Shown: positions 18,501-28,938, counted from the first letter of the stretch. The stretch: 64,000 nucleotides of DNA from an uncultured Candidatus Saccharibacteria bacterium (GCA_964394435.1 CAYMXN010000001.1:43739-107738); one strand, 5' to 3'. The notes: a model not told the origin generated them from the letters alone. Program-made: numbers and translations.

Positions 18501-19482
18501 TATTTCCGGAGCGGATATCCGCACGACCGATGTTGATTGGTCATTGAAACACTTTTTTGTGTTGATTGTTTCGGGTGGAGTTTTTTCACTCCTTACGAGT
18601 TTTTGTTTGGCGCGGTTTAATGCGCTACCGAGTTCTTTGTGGTTGCTTTATACCGCACTTTCGATTGCAGGACTCTTTTCGGTTATTGTCTTTCAATCAC
18701 TACTCATCAAGAGTTCATTTTTGAGTTCGATTGTTGCACTCACTGAAGGTGTTTGTCTGGCTGTGTTCTTATTGAGTGATATTTCGAGCTGGTCAATTTT
18801 TGGACTCGCTTTATTTATCCTTTCGGTTTTGATTGGCTTTAAGGAGGGGAAGGTTCATCTTAATGAGCGGATGCGGATTCAGTTTGGCCGGTTTGCGCGG
18901 ATTGTGTTGGCGTGGACTACCACTGGCTTTGTTTTGTTTGTTTCGTTTTTCTATGCGAGTCTTTACCAGCAGGCGAATAGTATCTCGTTTGACGCGTTTC
19001 GATTTTTAACTGCGAATGGTGCGCCGGCAGTTGTACGCACCTTTGTTCCGGGATTTACTCCTGAAATGTCGACGGATGAGTTTTTCAGGACGTTTGCCGG
19101 TTTTCAGTTTCGTAGCAATCCGCAAATCGCTCAACTTTCCGAGGCTGATAAACAGCGCGTGTATGCCGAGCTTGGGAATCAGCTCCAGGCAAAGGTTTCT
19201 GAAGTGACTCAAACGCCAGTAGATTCACGTGAGACGATTTTGCAGTATTTTTACCGTATTGCGAATCGATACATTTCGCGGTTTAGTGCTGACGGCGCGG
19301 GTGTTATTCCGATGCTTGGCGTTGCTTTGTTTATCTACTTCACCCTAAAGCTTCTTTTTTTCTTCTATCGATATCCGATCGCTTGGTTCTGCCAGCTTGT
19401 CGTGTATAACTTGCTTTTGGCGACTAAGGTTGTCTATATTAGTACCGAACCAAGAAATAAGGAGATTATTCTTGTTAAATAA
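18469..19482 (+). CDS. multi-pass membrane protein of unknown function (start uncertain; overlaps dnaK 3' end)
   Basis: ORF track frame; 5-6 TM helices; ATG at 18469, alternative TTG about 18543. Confidence 0.4.
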   Translation: MMLPQQNSLNSISGADIRTTDVDWSLKHFFVLIVSGGVFSLLTSFCLARFNALPSSLWLLYTALSIAGLFSVIVFQSLLIKSSFLSSIVALTEGVCLAVFLLSDISSWSIFGLALFILSVLIGFKEGKVHLNERMRIQFGRFARIVLAWTTTGFVLFVSFFYASLYQQANSISFDAFRFLTANGAPAVVRTFVPGFTPEMSTDEFFRTFAGFQFRSNPQIAQLSEADKQRVYAELGNQLQAKVSEVTQTPVDSRETILQYFYRIANRYISRFSADGAGVIPMLGVALFIYFTLKLLFFFYRYPIAWFCQLVVYNLLLATKVVYISTEPRNKEIILVK

Positions 19483-19485
19483 CCT

Positions 19486-20574
19486 ATGGCTGGAGATTAC
19501 TATAAGATTTTAGGCGTTGAGAAAAATTCATCTGATGACGATATCAAAAAAGCATATCGTAAATTAGCGCAGCAGTATCACCCGGATAAAGCTTCGGGAA
19601 ACGAGCAGAAGTTTAAAGAGATTAACGAAGCGTATCAGGTGCTTTCCAATAAAGAGAAGCGTGCGCAGTATGACCGCTTTGGGAAGACATTTACTGGTGG
19701 GCAGGGTGGTGGTGCCGGGTTTTCCGGTTTCCAGGGTTTTGATTTTTCCAATATCAACTTTGATATGGGTGAGATGGGCGATTTGGGTGATATTTTTGAG
19801 TCGATGTTTGGCAGTATGGGTGGCAAGCGTCGGAAGACGTACACTCGTGGCAATGACTTACAGGCGATTCAGCAGATAACGCTTGTTGAAGCATTTACGG
19901 GAGTGAAAAAGGAGTTGCGTTTTAAAACGATGATCGCGTGCGAGCCGTGTACAGGGCTTGGGTATTTTTCAAAAGAGGGTACAAAGCAGTGTGAAACGTG
20001 TAATGGGCGCGGTGAGGTAAAAGAGGTGCGTAATAGTTTCTTTGGTAACTTCCAGCAGGTGCGTGCGTGTGATAAGTGTTTTGGTACTGGTCAGATTCCG
20101 AATAAGGTTTGTAACACTTGTAAGGGTGCGGGGCGAACTCAACAAACGAAAGTATTGACCGTAGATATTTTGCCAGGCGTAAGCGACACGCAACTGATTA
20201 AGCTCGCTGGTATGGGTGAGGCGGGTGAGCGTGGAGCTCCGGCGGGAGACCTCTATGTGCAGGTAATGATCGCACCGGACAAGGTATTTCGTCGCCAGGG
20301 CGAAGATTTGTTTATTAAGCACGAGGTTCGCCTGACTGATGTGTTATTGAATAAGAAGCTTTCGTTGCCATCAATTTCTGGTAAACAACTTTCGATTGAG
20401 ATTCCAGCAGGATTTAACTTAGCCGAGCAGCTTAAGATTTCCGGTGAAGGTATGCCACGTTTTGGCAGCAGTAGCCGCGGAAATCTGTATGTGAGTTTTG
20501 AGGTAAAAACACCAAAGAAGATTTCTTCTAAAGCGAAACAGCTCCTTGCTGATTTAGAGAGCGAACTTGATTAG
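19486..20574 (+). CDS. dnaJ: chaperone DnaJ
   Basis: J-domain DYYKILGV...HPDK, G/F-rich linker, four CxxCxGxG zinc-finger repeats. Confidence 0.9.
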   Translation: MAGDYYKILGVEKNSSDDDIKKAYRKLAQQYHPDKASGNEQKFKEINEAYQVLSNKEKRAQYDRFGKTFTGGQGGGAGFSGFQGFDFSNINFDMGEMGDLGDIFESMFGSMGGKRRKTYTRGNDLQAIQQITLVEAFTGVKKELRFKTMIACEPCTGLGYFSKEGTKQCETCNGRGEVKEVRNSFFGNFQQVRACDKCFGTGQIPNKVCNTCKGAGRTQQTKVLTVDILPGVSDTQLIKLAGMGEAGERGAPAGDLYVQVMIAPDKVFRRQGEDLFIKHEVRLTDVLLNKKLSLPSISGKQLSIEIPAGFNLAEQLKISGEGMPRFGSSSRGNLYVSFEVKTPKKISSKAKQLLADLESELD

Positions 20575-20692
20575 AGTTAAGGCTGGAAAGCGCTTGGTTT
20601 ATTTTGCTTTTAAATTAAATTGAAGCCCTTCTTTCGCTTTACTCTTTCAGGGCACTCAATTTTGTACTCACTTGAGTACTCGTGAACAAAAT

Positions 20693-20766
20693 TGGTGCCT
20701 CCACATGGAATCGAACCATGATCAGCGGATTAAAAGTCCGTTGCTCTACCACTGAGCTATGGAGGC
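20693..20766 (-). tRNA. tRNA-Lys (anticodon UUU), CCA encoded
   Basis: Reverse complement GCCTCCATAGCTCAGTGGTAGAGCAACGGACTTTTAATCCGCTGATCATGGTTCGATTCCATGTGGAGGCACCA folds as a cloverleaf with loop CUUUUAA. Confidence 0.85.
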
Positions 20767-20874
20767 GTACAATGCTGTTTGTTATACCACATTTAGAAAT
20801 AGGTTTCAAATGGGATTTGCCAATTTAGGTCGTTTTCCGTATTCTATATCGGGACTCATTTTGGAGGGTATCTC

Positions 20875-21501
20875 ATGAAGGCGACGGTCTCGCTTTGCTC
20901 TGGCTGGAGAGAGCTTCTAGGCCCCGGTGTCGTCGAGGCGATGACACCGATCTCTGTCGATCCGATCGGACGCGAGAGCTGGGTGTGCGATCGTGCACAC
21001 GCTGGTCTTTTGCAGAAGATCCATTCGAGGGGTGCTGCGATTCGGTATCACTTTGAAGTGTCTCTTGGCGGTACTGCTCTCACCGAAGGTGAGTGTCGTG
21101 ACCAAAAGAGCGATTGTGCGATCATTGTGCGGCCCAATAGTCCGATCTCTCCGACCGGACAAGTGGTGTGTGTTTCCGCGAGGTCTCTTGATTGGGCGGC
21201 AGCGGCGATGTCCCACGTTCTCTCGGGTGAGCACTTCGCGACGCCCTTTGTCGCAGCTTCGCTGGCGAGGCCGAGCGGTTCGTATCAAGAAATGATTGCT
21301 CCGTTTGAGCGGTTGATGCTCGTGAGCGTTCTTTCTCGAAACAATTGGAGTCGTCAACGCTCTGCGGCAGAGCTTGGAATCTCTCGGCAGACGCTTCACA
21401 ATCGAATGGTGGCGCTTGAGCTTTATCAGGACTTGGCGTATCTCTGGCGGAAGGTTTCGTCTGTCGAGCAGCTGTTCCTTACGCCGACGTTGGCTGGCTG
21501 A
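20875..21501 (+). CDS. GC-rich hypothetical protein with C-terminal Fis-type HTH (AELGISRQTLHNRM)
   Basis: About 58% GC island next to tRNA-Lys; plus-strand ORF preferred over Arg-rich antisense ORF; terminator follows. Confidence 0.35.
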   Translation: MKATVSLCSGWRELLGPGVVEAMTPISVDPIGRESWVCDRAHAGLLQKIHSRGAAIRYHFEVSLGGTALTEGECRDQKSDCAIIVRPNSPISPTGQVVCVSARSLDWAAAAMSHVLSGEHFATPFVAASLARPSGSYQEMIAPFERLMLVSVLSRNNWSRQRSAAELGISRQTLHNRMVALELYQDLAYLWRKVSSVEQLFLTPTLAG

Positions 21502-21507
21502 CCTTTT

Positions 21508-21544
21508 AGGCGCTTTGACGTGTAACGTCGAGCGCCTTTTTATT
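21508..21544 (+). terminator. rho-independent terminator
   Basis: aggcgctttgacgtgtaacgtcgagcgcct hairpin plus tttttat. Confidence 0.65.
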
Positions 21545-21597
21545 TCAGTTTATTGCTTTTTTGGCATATTTTGACTACAATCGGTACATCTTAATTT

Positions 21598-22905
21598 ATG
21601 AAGAAAACATCATTATTTTTTATCTTTTTAGTATTTATCGCGACGGCCTTGGGCGTCTTCTTTGTTCACCCAGATTTTTGGGGAACGACGACTCGTCCGT
21701 GGAAGCTTGGTTTGGATTTAGTCGGTGGAAGTCACTTGGTATACGAGGTTGATATGACGGATGTGCTTGATGCTGATCGTGGAAGCGTGCTTTCTGGTTT
21801 GCGTGATGTTATTGAGCGTCGTGTAAACCTTTTTGGTGTGAGTGAGCCACAGGTATTGACTGCGCAGACCGGTGGAACGTATCGCTTGATTGTTGAGCTC
21901 GCCGGTATTAAGGATGTTGCCACGGCGATTAAGCAGATTGGTGAGACTCCATTTTTGTATTTTGCTGAAGAGACCGGTGCGGGAGCGGTGAGTGGCGTAC
22001 AGGCGACAACTGCTGATGGTCAGAAATTGGATGTTGCTCCGCAGCAAGAGCAGTATCGTCCAACCGAGCTTACGGGTCGCTATGTAAAGAGCGCGCAGCT
22101 GAACTTTAACCAGTACACTGGCTCGCCGGAAATCTCTTTGATTTTTAATGACGAGGGTGCGAAGTTATTTGAACAGGTGACGGCGAAAAACGTAAACAAG
22201 ACGCTCGCTGTTTATCTTGATGGTGCGATTATTACCGCTCCTCGTGTAAACGAGGCGATCGCGGGTGGACGTGCGCAGATTACTGGCAACTTTACAATCG
22301 CTGATGCTCGTCAGCTTGTTGAGCGTTTTAACGCCGGTGCGCTTCCAGCTCCGATTAAGTTGATTAGCCAGCAGACGATTGGTGCTTCGCTTGGTAATGA
22401 CAGTTTAGCTAAGACGCTTTGGGCTGGTTTGATTGGCGCCATTTTGGTTATGCTCTTTATGCTTATCTACTACCGCGGACTTGGCGTGTTCGCCTCGCTC
22501 GCACTCATTATCTACACCATCTTGCTGCTTTCTATCTTTAAGTTGTTTGGCGTGACGATGACCTTGGCTGGTATTGCCGGTATTATCTTGACGATTGGTA
22601 TGGCGGTAGACGCGAACATTCTTATCTTTGAGCGCACCAAGGAGGAGATTAGGAAAGGGTTGCACAAGACGGGTGCTATCTCGGAAGGTTTTCGCCGTGC
22701 GTGGCCGTCGATTCGCGACAGCAACATCGCAACAATTATTACTGCGTTAGTGCTCTACAACTTAACGTCGAGTTTTATTAAAGGGTTTGCGCTTTCGCTG
22801 CTCGTTGGTGTAATCGTGAGTATGTTTACGGCGATCACGGTGACGCGTACGCTCATTACTATCTTTATTAAGGATCGTAAGCCGAGCGCTCCTAAAACGG
22901 TATAA
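21598..22905 (+). CDS. secD: protein translocase subunit SecD
   Basis: N-terminal TM, periplasmic domain, C-terminal 5-TM SecD/SecF core. Confidence 0.85.
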   Translation: MKKTSLFFIFLVFIATALGVFFVHPDFWGTTTRPWKLGLDLVGGSHLVYEVDMTDVLDADRGSVLSGLRDVIERRVNLFGVSEPQVLTAQTGGTYRLIVELAGIKDVATAIKQIGETPFLYFAEETGAGAVSGVQATTADGQKLDVAPQQEQYRPTELTGRYVKSAQLNFNQYTGSPEISLIFNDEGAKLFEQVTAKNVNKTLAVYLDGAIITAPRVNEAIAGGRAQITGNFTIADARQLVERFNAGALPAPIKLISQQTIGASLGNDSLAKTLWAGLIGAILVMLFMLIYYRGLGVFASLALIIYTILLLSIFKLFGVTMTLAGIAGIILTIGMAVDANILIFERTKEEIRKGLHKTGAISEGFRRAWPSIRDSNIATIITALVLYNLTSSFIKGFALSLLVGVIVSMFTAITVTRTLITIFIKDRKPSAPKTV

Positions 22906-22916
22906 CAACTACTTCT

Positions 22917-23816
22917 ATGAACATCATTAAACACAAGTGGGTCTTTCTGGCGTTTTCCAGTCTGTTGATTGTTGCGAGTATTTTTGGTCTTTTTGCTTTC
23001 GGCCTTGAGAAAGGTATTGATTTTACTGGTGGTACGTACTGGCAGATTGAGTTTGGTAAGCCAGTAGAGCTTCCTGCGTTACGTACGTTTGTACAAACTG
23101 ATTTGAAATTGGCTGATGCGGCGGTAAACCAGCAAGAGTCAACCGGCGGATTTATTATCAAGGCGAAAGAAATTACTGAAGCTGACCACCAGACGTACAG
23201 TAAGGCGCTTATCAAAAAGTTTGGTGCGATGACCGAGCTTAGCTTTCAGGCGATTGGTGCGGCGATTGGTTCAGAATTAGTTAATCGTGCGTTTTGGGCG
23301 TTAGGTATTAACTTATTTGGTATCGCGCTGTATGTCGCGTACGCGTTTCGTAAAGTTTCGTACCCGGTTAGTAGCTGGAAGTACGCGTTTATCACTTTGA
23401 TTACACTGTTTCACGATGCAATTATTCCGCTTGGTATGTACACGTTCCTCGGACACTTCCTAGGAGTAGAGATTGATACCAACTTTATTGTTGCGGTGCT
23501 GCTGGTTATCGGTTTCTCGGTACACGACACCATTGTTGTGTTTGACCGTATTCGTGAAAACCTTCGCCACACCGATACGAGTAAGGTGCACTTCGGAGAG
23601 TTGGTAAACCGCAGCATCAACGAAACGTTTGCTCGCTCACTCAATACTTCGCTTACTCTGTTTATCGTCCTCGCGGTATTACTTCTTCTTGGAGCGACAA
23701 CGCTTAAGTACTTTATCTTAACTATCTTGGTTGGTACGGTTGTTGGAACATACTCTTCAATTTTCGTCGCTTCACCGCTTCTCGTTCTCTGGAATACGTC
23801 TGCGAAGGTTAAGTAA
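22917..23816 (+). CDS. secF: protein translocase subunit SecF
   Basis: Follows secD; six TM segments; SecF-family conserved C-terminal region. Confidence 0.85.
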   Translation: MNIIKHKWVFLAFSSLLIVASIFGLFAFGLEKGIDFTGGTYWQIEFGKPVELPALRTFVQTDLKLADAAVNQQESTGGFIIKAKEITEADHQTYSKALIKKFGAMTELSFQAIGAAIGSELVNRAFWALGINLFGIALYVAYAFRKVSYPVSSWKYAFITLITLFHDAIIPLGMYTFLGHFLGVEIDTNFIVAVLLVIGFSVHDTIVVFDRIRENLRHTDTSKVHFGELVNRSINETFARSLNTSLTLFIVLAVLLLLGATTLKYFILTILVGTVVGTYSSIFVASPLLVLWNTSAKVK

Positions 23817-23922
23817 GTATTCTAAAAATACCGTTGGTCCGAAAAGGCTGGCGGTATTTTTATTTTGACAATCATATTTGTATACGTATGATGTGGTTAG
23901 GTCATTTCTTTGGAGGGCTGCC

Positions 23923-24294
23923 ATGTCGAGGCATAAGTCTCGTGTTTTATTTTTTTGTGCCATAGGCGCAATAGTGATTCTACTCCCAACTTTTCTTATG
24001 AGCATTCGAACGAAGATCAAAGAGCAGTCCGCTACGCTTGATCGAATGGATCCTGAAGTGCAAGCAATTCTTAAGAGGCTTGAGGCTGCGCGGGAGCAGC
24101 AGAAGAAGTCTCTTAGCGAATTGAATGATATGATCGCCAATTTGCATGCCTGTAATCAGGAGGTGTTGGGGGCGGCGATTCGGCTCAATTCGGCGGTTAA
24201 GCTTAGCGATGAGGAGTTCCGGAAGCGAATGCTGGAGCTTTCGGATAAGATCAGGCAGCAGAGTGCTGAAGGGGCAGGTATGGATGGGGGATAG
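23923..24294 (+). CDS. hypothetical single-TM coiled-coil protein
   Basis: Internal ATG of ORF 23878..24294; TM VLFFCAIGAIVILLPTFLM. Confidence 0.35.
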   Translation: MSRHKSRVLFFCAIGAIVILLPTFLMSIRTKIKEQSATLDRMDPEVQAILKRLEAAREQQKKSLSELNDMIANLHACNQEVLGAAIRLNSAVKLSDEEFRKRMLELSDKIRQQSAEGAGMDGG

Positions 24295-24457
24295 TGTTTT
24301 TCTGCGGGCGGCTGACGATATGTCAGTCCGCCCGCTTACCCTATTTGACTGTCCACAGGCTCTTGTGGCGTAGGGGGTTGACGCTATTACCTTATTATGA
24401 TATCTTAATATCAATCGAAAAAGGCCCTATTTATATAACTAAATTAACCCTAACGGT

Positions 24458-25513
24458 ATGGCGAATCCGTCAAAAACTACAAACGTAATCATAGAGGAGT
24501 TGTTCTCTGATCTTGATCCGCGTCAGCGCAAAGTTTTAGTTAAGCGTTATGGACTTGATACAACCGACGAGATGACGTTGGCCGAGCTCGGAAAGCAGTT
24601 CGGTGTTACTCGTGAGCGCATCCGTCAGATCGAAGCACTCGCTTTAAAAGAGGTAAGCAAAAAGGCGAAGGGAGGTCATTTGAATGACATTGTTGGCGCC
24701 TCTGTTGAGCGACTCAAGGAGTCTGCTGGTGTTCGCCATGAGGGGAACTTACTTGAAGAGATAAAGATTTTTGCTCACCCGTCAGATCTCAATAAGAGTT
24801 TTGGCAATCAGGTTCGTTTCTTGCTCGAGCTTTCTGGGGTACTTACGTATCACCGTGAAGATGAGGAGCTTTTTTCGCACTGGCATCTTTCCGCCGAGCA
24901 TCAGAAGCGTGCGCTTGATTTCCTTGATACATTAATTAAACAGCTCAAGGATAAGAAGCAAGAGACTCTTCACAGCAAGAAGTTTGACGACTTCTTCCGT
25001 GAGGTAACGAAGTTGCACAAAGTTGAAGAGAAAGTTGCGCGACACTATCTTACGATTTCTAAGAAGTTTGGTAAGAACAAGTTTGGTGATTTCGGTCTCA
25101 CGGAGTGGGAAGAGGTCAACCCAAAGGTTTCTCGCGACTGGATCTATTTGATTCTCAAGAAGGCGAACCGCCCAATGCACTTTAACGAGATTGCTGAAGA
25201 GATTCGCAGGATGCGTAATGAGAAAAAGACCAATACGCAGACGATTCACAACGAACTCATCAAAGACAAGCGTTTTATCTTAGTTGGCCGTGGTATCTAT
25301 GGCCTACGCGAAAATGATGATTTCCCGGCAGGAACGATTCGCGAGGTACTTGTTCACATCTTAAAGAAGGCTGGGCCGATGAAGCCAAAAGACATCATGG
25401 CTGAAGTGCTTAAGCGTCGTATCTTTAAGGAGAACACGATCTTGTTTAACCTCCAGAATAAGAAGTATTTTGAGCGTACTACTGAAGGTAAGTACAAGCT
25501 GAAAAACGTATAA
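24458..25513 (+). CDS. DNA-binding protein with sigma-70 region-4-like HTH (N-terminal) and HARE-HTH-like winged helix (C-terminal)
   Basis: LDPRQRKVLVKRYGLDTTDEMTLAELGKQFGVTRERIRQIEALALK resembles sigma region 4; C-terminal PMHFNEIAEEI...RFILVGRGIYGLREN resembles the HARE-HTH of the RNA polymerase delta subunit. Confidence 0.5.
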   Translation: MANPSKTTNVIIEELFSDLDPRQRKVLVKRYGLDTTDEMTLAELGKQFGVTRERIRQIEALALKEVSKKAKGGHLNDIVGASVERLKESAGVRHEGNLLEEIKIFAHPSDLNKSFGNQVRFLLELSGVLTYHREDEELFSHWHLSAEHQKRALDFLDTLIKQLKDKKQETLHSKKFDDFFREVTKLHKVEEKVARHYLTISKKFGKNKFGDFGLTEWEEVNPKVSRDWIYLILKKANRPMHFNEIAEEIRRMRNEKKTNTQTIHNELIKDKRFILVGRGIYGLRENDDFPAGTIREVLVHILKKAGPMKPKDIMAEVLKRRIFKENTILFNLQNKKYFERTTEGKYKLKNV

Positions 25514-25521
25514 GAATCAAT

Positions 25522-25546
25522 GCGAGCCCTCCGGGGCTCGTTTTGA
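25522..25546 (+). terminator. rho-independent terminator
   Basis: gcgagccc-tccg-gggctcg plus tttt. Confidence 0.7.
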
Positions 25547-25591
25547 TTCTTGAGGCAATGGGCAAAGGGCGATATACTTAATACAGAACGT

Positions 25592-26884
25592 ATGAGTTTT
25601 TTTGATTTTGCACAACAGCTTTGGGGGTATACCGCCGCTTTTCTTTTAAATATCTGGCCGGTTGTTTTGTTTTTTATTCTCTTTCCTCTTTTTCGATCAG
25701 CATATCTTTTTTGGAGGCAGCAACTTTTTATCGAAGATACAAAGTGGGTTTTTCTTGAAATGATTATTCCTCGATTGCTCGAGAAGAGTCCGCGTGGAAT
25801 GGATCAGGTGCTTCAATCACTCCATCAGCTTCGAAATTCGCCAAGCACTTGGCGCGATAGATATAACGGTGGTGAGGTTACGTATTGGTTTACTCTTGAG
25901 ATGGTGAGCTTTGGCGGTCAGATTCATTTTTATATTCGCTGCGAAGAGCATTTGCGTCCTTTGGTTGAGGCGGCATTTTATTCCGCGTACCCCGATGTTG
26001 AGTTGAATGAAGTGCACGATTATATGCACACATTGCCCCATACGTATGCAGATATTCGTGCGCAGGGGTATGAGATGTGGGGGACGGAGATGACGCTTAA
26101 AAAACCATCGATGTATCCGATTAAGAGCTATCTTGATTTCGAAACTCCTGATGAGCAGTTGCAGTTTGACCCGATTTCGAGTTTCTTGGAGGTGCTTGGT
26201 CAGGTTAAAGAAAAGGAGTTTTTGGGATTGCAGTTTAATATTATTCCGCACGATCATGAGTCGTGGATTAAGCACTTTGAGGCTGATATTGATAAGCTGC
26301 GCGAACCACGCAAGATTGAGTCTGATAAAGAGGGTGGTTTTCCGATGATGATTCCAAAATCGAAGCGACAGAGCGATATTTTGGATGCAGTTGAGCGTAA
26401 TTTTTCCAAACCACCATTTGCGTGCGCGGTTCGGTTTGTGTATATGGGGCCAAAGGCTGATTTTTATGATTCGTTTGCTCGTCGTGGCATTATCAGTGCA
26501 TTTAACCAGTATTCTGCCGGTGATCTTAACGCGTTTGGTCAGAACTTTGGTATGATGACTGGCGCGAGTCCGTATAAGTTTCCGTATTTGTTTACGGGAA
26601 TTCGCAAGAAGCTGCGTAAGCAGCGCTTGTGGGGATATTACCATCACCGTGAAGCTGGTATTGAGACGTTTTTTGGTAAGCTTATTTCCTCGCATCCGCT
26701 CAACTTTAATTTTCACTCAACTGAATTTGAGCTAAACACCGAATCTTTGGCGACATTGTTTCATCCGCCAACAGGCATCGTGCTTACTGCGCCACATACA
26801 AAGCGTGTTGAGAGTAAAAAGTTTGGTGCTCCGGCTGGATTACCGATTTATGCTGATGAAAAGGTATTGGATAAATTCTTATAA
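25592..26884 (+). CDS. membrane-anchored hypothetical protein (about 430 aa); first gene of the ATPase module
   Basis: N-terminal TM AAFLLNIWPVVLFFILFPLF; ATG at 25592 preferred because TTG at 25550 abuts the terminator; no domain recognised. Confidence 0.45.
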   Translation: MSFFDFAQQLWGYTAAFLLNIWPVVLFFILFPLFRSAYLFWRQQLFIEDTKWVFLEMIIPRLLEKSPRGMDQVLQSLHQLRNSPSTWRDRYNGGEVTYWFTLEMVSFGGQIHFYIRCEEHLRPLVEAAFYSAYPDVELNEVHDYMHTLPHTYADIRAQGYEMWGTEMTLKKPSMYPIKSYLDFETPDEQLQFDPISSFLEVLGQVKEKEFLGLQFNIIPHDHESWIKHFEADIDKLREPRKIESDKEGGFPMMIPKSKRQSDILDAVERNFSKPPFACAVRFVYMGPKADFYDSFARRGIISAFNQYSAGDLNAFGQNFGMMTGASPYKFPYLFTGIRKKLRKQRLWGYYHHREAGIETFFGKLISSHPLNFNFHSTEFELNTESLATLFHPPTGIVLTAPHTKRVESKKFGAPAGLPIYADEKVLDKFL

Positions 26885-26889
26885 CTACT

Positions 26890-27540
26890 ATGGCTGACGA
26901 ACACTCATCAGGTCCGGGTTGGTTTGAGCCAGTTGTCATTGGCGTGGTTATTATTGGTATCGCGGCGTATATTTTGTCGCCGGTGTTGCGCTCGGGTTTT
27001 GATACGGCGGATCAACTCGTTAATGCTGATGTGCTTGGCGGAGCCGGTGTTGCTGCTGCTGCGTGGTGGCATCAGTGGGTGGTTCCAACGTTTGTAATTA
27101 TTGATATTATTTTGCTCGCACTTATTGTGTATTGTGGCGTGAAGTCTTGGCATACCTTTCCGAAGGTTAGTATGTTTGAGACGCCGAGTGTTGCGGTGGT
27201 GAAGCGTAAACTAAAAAAAGATAAGACTATTTTGCTTCATTGGAACAACCTTGTTGCCCGATTTAGAACAGGAACTCCGGAGAATATGCGCTTAGCAGTT
27301 ATTGAGGCGGACACTCTTGTTGATTATTTTCTCAAGAAGTCTGAATATCCGGGTGAGACGATGGCGGATCGTTTGAGCAATATTCAGCCAGGTGAGATGA
27401 AGAGCCTTGAGCGTGTCTGGAAGGCGCATCGTTTGCGTAACGATTTAGTGCACACTCCTGGGTTTGCCATTTCACAGAAAGACGCCGAGAGTTCATTACA
27501 GGCGTTTCGCGATTTCTTAATGGAGCTTGATGCGTTTTAA
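26890..27540 (+). CDS. two-TM membrane protein with cytoplasmic alpha-helical domain carrying a HEPN-like RNxxxH motif (HRLRNDLVH)
   Basis: TM helices VVIGVVIIGIAAYIL and VVPTFVIIDIILLALIVYCGV; C-terminal RNDLVH fits the Rx4-6H HEPN signature. Confidence 0.4.
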   Translation: MADEHSSGPGWFEPVVIGVVIIGIAAYILSPVLRSGFDTADQLVNADVLGGAGVAAAAWWHQWVVPTFVIIDIILLALIVYCGVKSWHTFPKVSMFETPSVAVVKRKLKKDKTILLHWNNLVARFRTGTPENMRLAVIEADTLVDYFLKKSEYPGETMADRLSNIQPGEMKSLERVWKAHRLRNDLVHTPGFAISQKDAESSLQAFRDFLMELDAF

Positions 27541-27549
27541 TCTATTATT

Positions 27550-28938
27550 ATGGCTGATCAGCAGCCGGCGTTATCTGCCGGGGTAAAATTACAAACTGTG
27601 AAATATGCGCCGCCACCGGCGCAGCTTCCGGTTTTAGGTAAGGTTGATACTAACGAGACTTCTTTTATCGGGAAGACGAACTATGTTGCCGCACTTGAAG
27701 AAAAGAAGTATGTATTTGGCATTAAGCGAGTCGATCGGCGCCGAAATGTATATATGATTGGTAAGAGTGGTACGGGTAAGACAAAGCTGATGGAGTTAAT
27801 GATCCGTCAGGATATTAGCGCGGGGAAGGGGGTGTGCGTGTTTGATCAGCACGGCGATTTAATCGATGATATTTTGGACTTTATTCCTGAAAGTCGGGCT
27901 GAAGATGTTTTGGTGATTGACCCATCCGATATTGAGTGTCCGGTCGCTTTTAATCCGCTTTCAAATATTGAGCCGGCGTTTCGGCATCAGTTTGCCCAGG
28001 GACTTATTGAGATACTTGAGTCGCAGTTTGGCGCGAGTTGGAACGCTCACATTGAGCATGTATTTCGTTTTATTGTGCTCGCACTTTTAGATTATCCGCA
28101 GGCGACGATGCGAGGTATGATCTCGATGCTTACTGATGCTGCGTATCGCGCACAAGTTATTCCGTACATCACTGATGAGATGGTGCAGCGATTTTGGCGG
28201 GATGAGTTTGTCGCCTGGTCGACTAAGACAGAGAAGGTTGAGGCCGAGGCGGTTGCTCCGCTTGTAAATAAGCTGGCTCAATTTTTTTCTGATCCACTTT
28301 TGCGCTCAATTTTTACTAAGCAGGAAAATGCGATTGACGTGAATGAGTGGTTGCGGGGACAGAAGATCGTGTTAATTAATCTTAACAAGGGGAAGCTCGG
28401 TAAGGAGAACTCGAGTTTTTTTGGTGGACTTTTCCTAATTAAGCTTAAGCAGGCGGGTATGGCACGTTTAAGTCAGCCCGAAGCTTCGCGGAAGGATTTT
28501 AATGTGTATATTGATGAGTTTCATCATCTGATTACCGAAACGTTTGAGAGTTTGTTATTTGAAGGGAAGAAGTATCATATCTCGTTTACTATCGCTCATC
28601 AGTATCTTGGTCAAATTATCGAACATTTTCGGTCATCGATTTTTGGTAACGTGGGTACGATTATTGTATTTCGAGTTGGCGGAGAGGATGCGGAGCGCCT
28701 TGAGAGTGAACTTGCTCCGGTCTTTAAAGTTAAAGATATGATCAACCTTGGTAAGCGTGAGTTTTATATCAAGATGGTGATTGACGGTGAGCCGTGTGAC
28801 CCATTTTCCGCAGAGACGCTTAAGGTTTTGCTTCCTAATACTCCTTCGGCCCGTGAGCAGATTATGAAAACATTTCGGGGCAGGTATTGCCATCCCGCAG
28901 TTAGTGAGCGTACATCCGTGCCTCCGCCAGCTCATTAG
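27550..28938 (+). CDS. FtsK-HerA superfamily P-loop ATPase, TraD/TraG/VirD4 coupling-protein-like (no TM)
   Basis: Walker A YMIGKSGTGKTKLM, Walker B VYIDEFHHL, IAHQYLGQ motif; tandem paralog of 29004..30884. Confidence 0.6.
   Translation: MADQQPALSAGVKLQTVKYAPPPAQLPVLGKVDTNETSFIGKTNYVAALEEKKYVFGIKRVDRRRNVYMIGKSGTGKTKLMELMIRQDISAGKGVCVFDQHGDLIDDILDFIPESRAEDVLVIDPSDIECPVAFNPLSNIEPAFRHQFAQGLIEILESQFGASWNAHIEHVFRFIVLALLDYPQATMRGMISMLTDAAYRAQVIPYITDEMVQRFWRDEFVAWSTKTEKVEAEAVAPLVNKLAQFFSDPLLRSIFTKQENAIDVNEWLRGQKIVLINLNKGKLGKENSSFFGGLFLIKLKQAGMARLSQPEASRKDFNVYIDEFHHLITETFESLLFEGKKYHISFTIAHQYLGQIIEHFRSSIFGNVGTIIVFRVGGEDAERLESELAPVFKVKDMINLGKREFYIKMVIDGEPCDPFSAETLKVLLPNTPSAREQIMKTFRGRYCHPAVSERTSVPPPAH

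Noticed and set aside
20917-21399. 160-aa minus-strand ORF in the GC-rich island next to tRNA-Lys
   Set aside because: Arg-rich, no domain, antisense to a frame with a recognisable HTH; likely a GC-driven spurious ORF.
25817-26716. 299-aa minus-strand ORF inside the 25592..26884 gene
   Set aside because: Lys/Arg/Ile-rich low complexity; antisense to a frame with a TM segment and normal composition.
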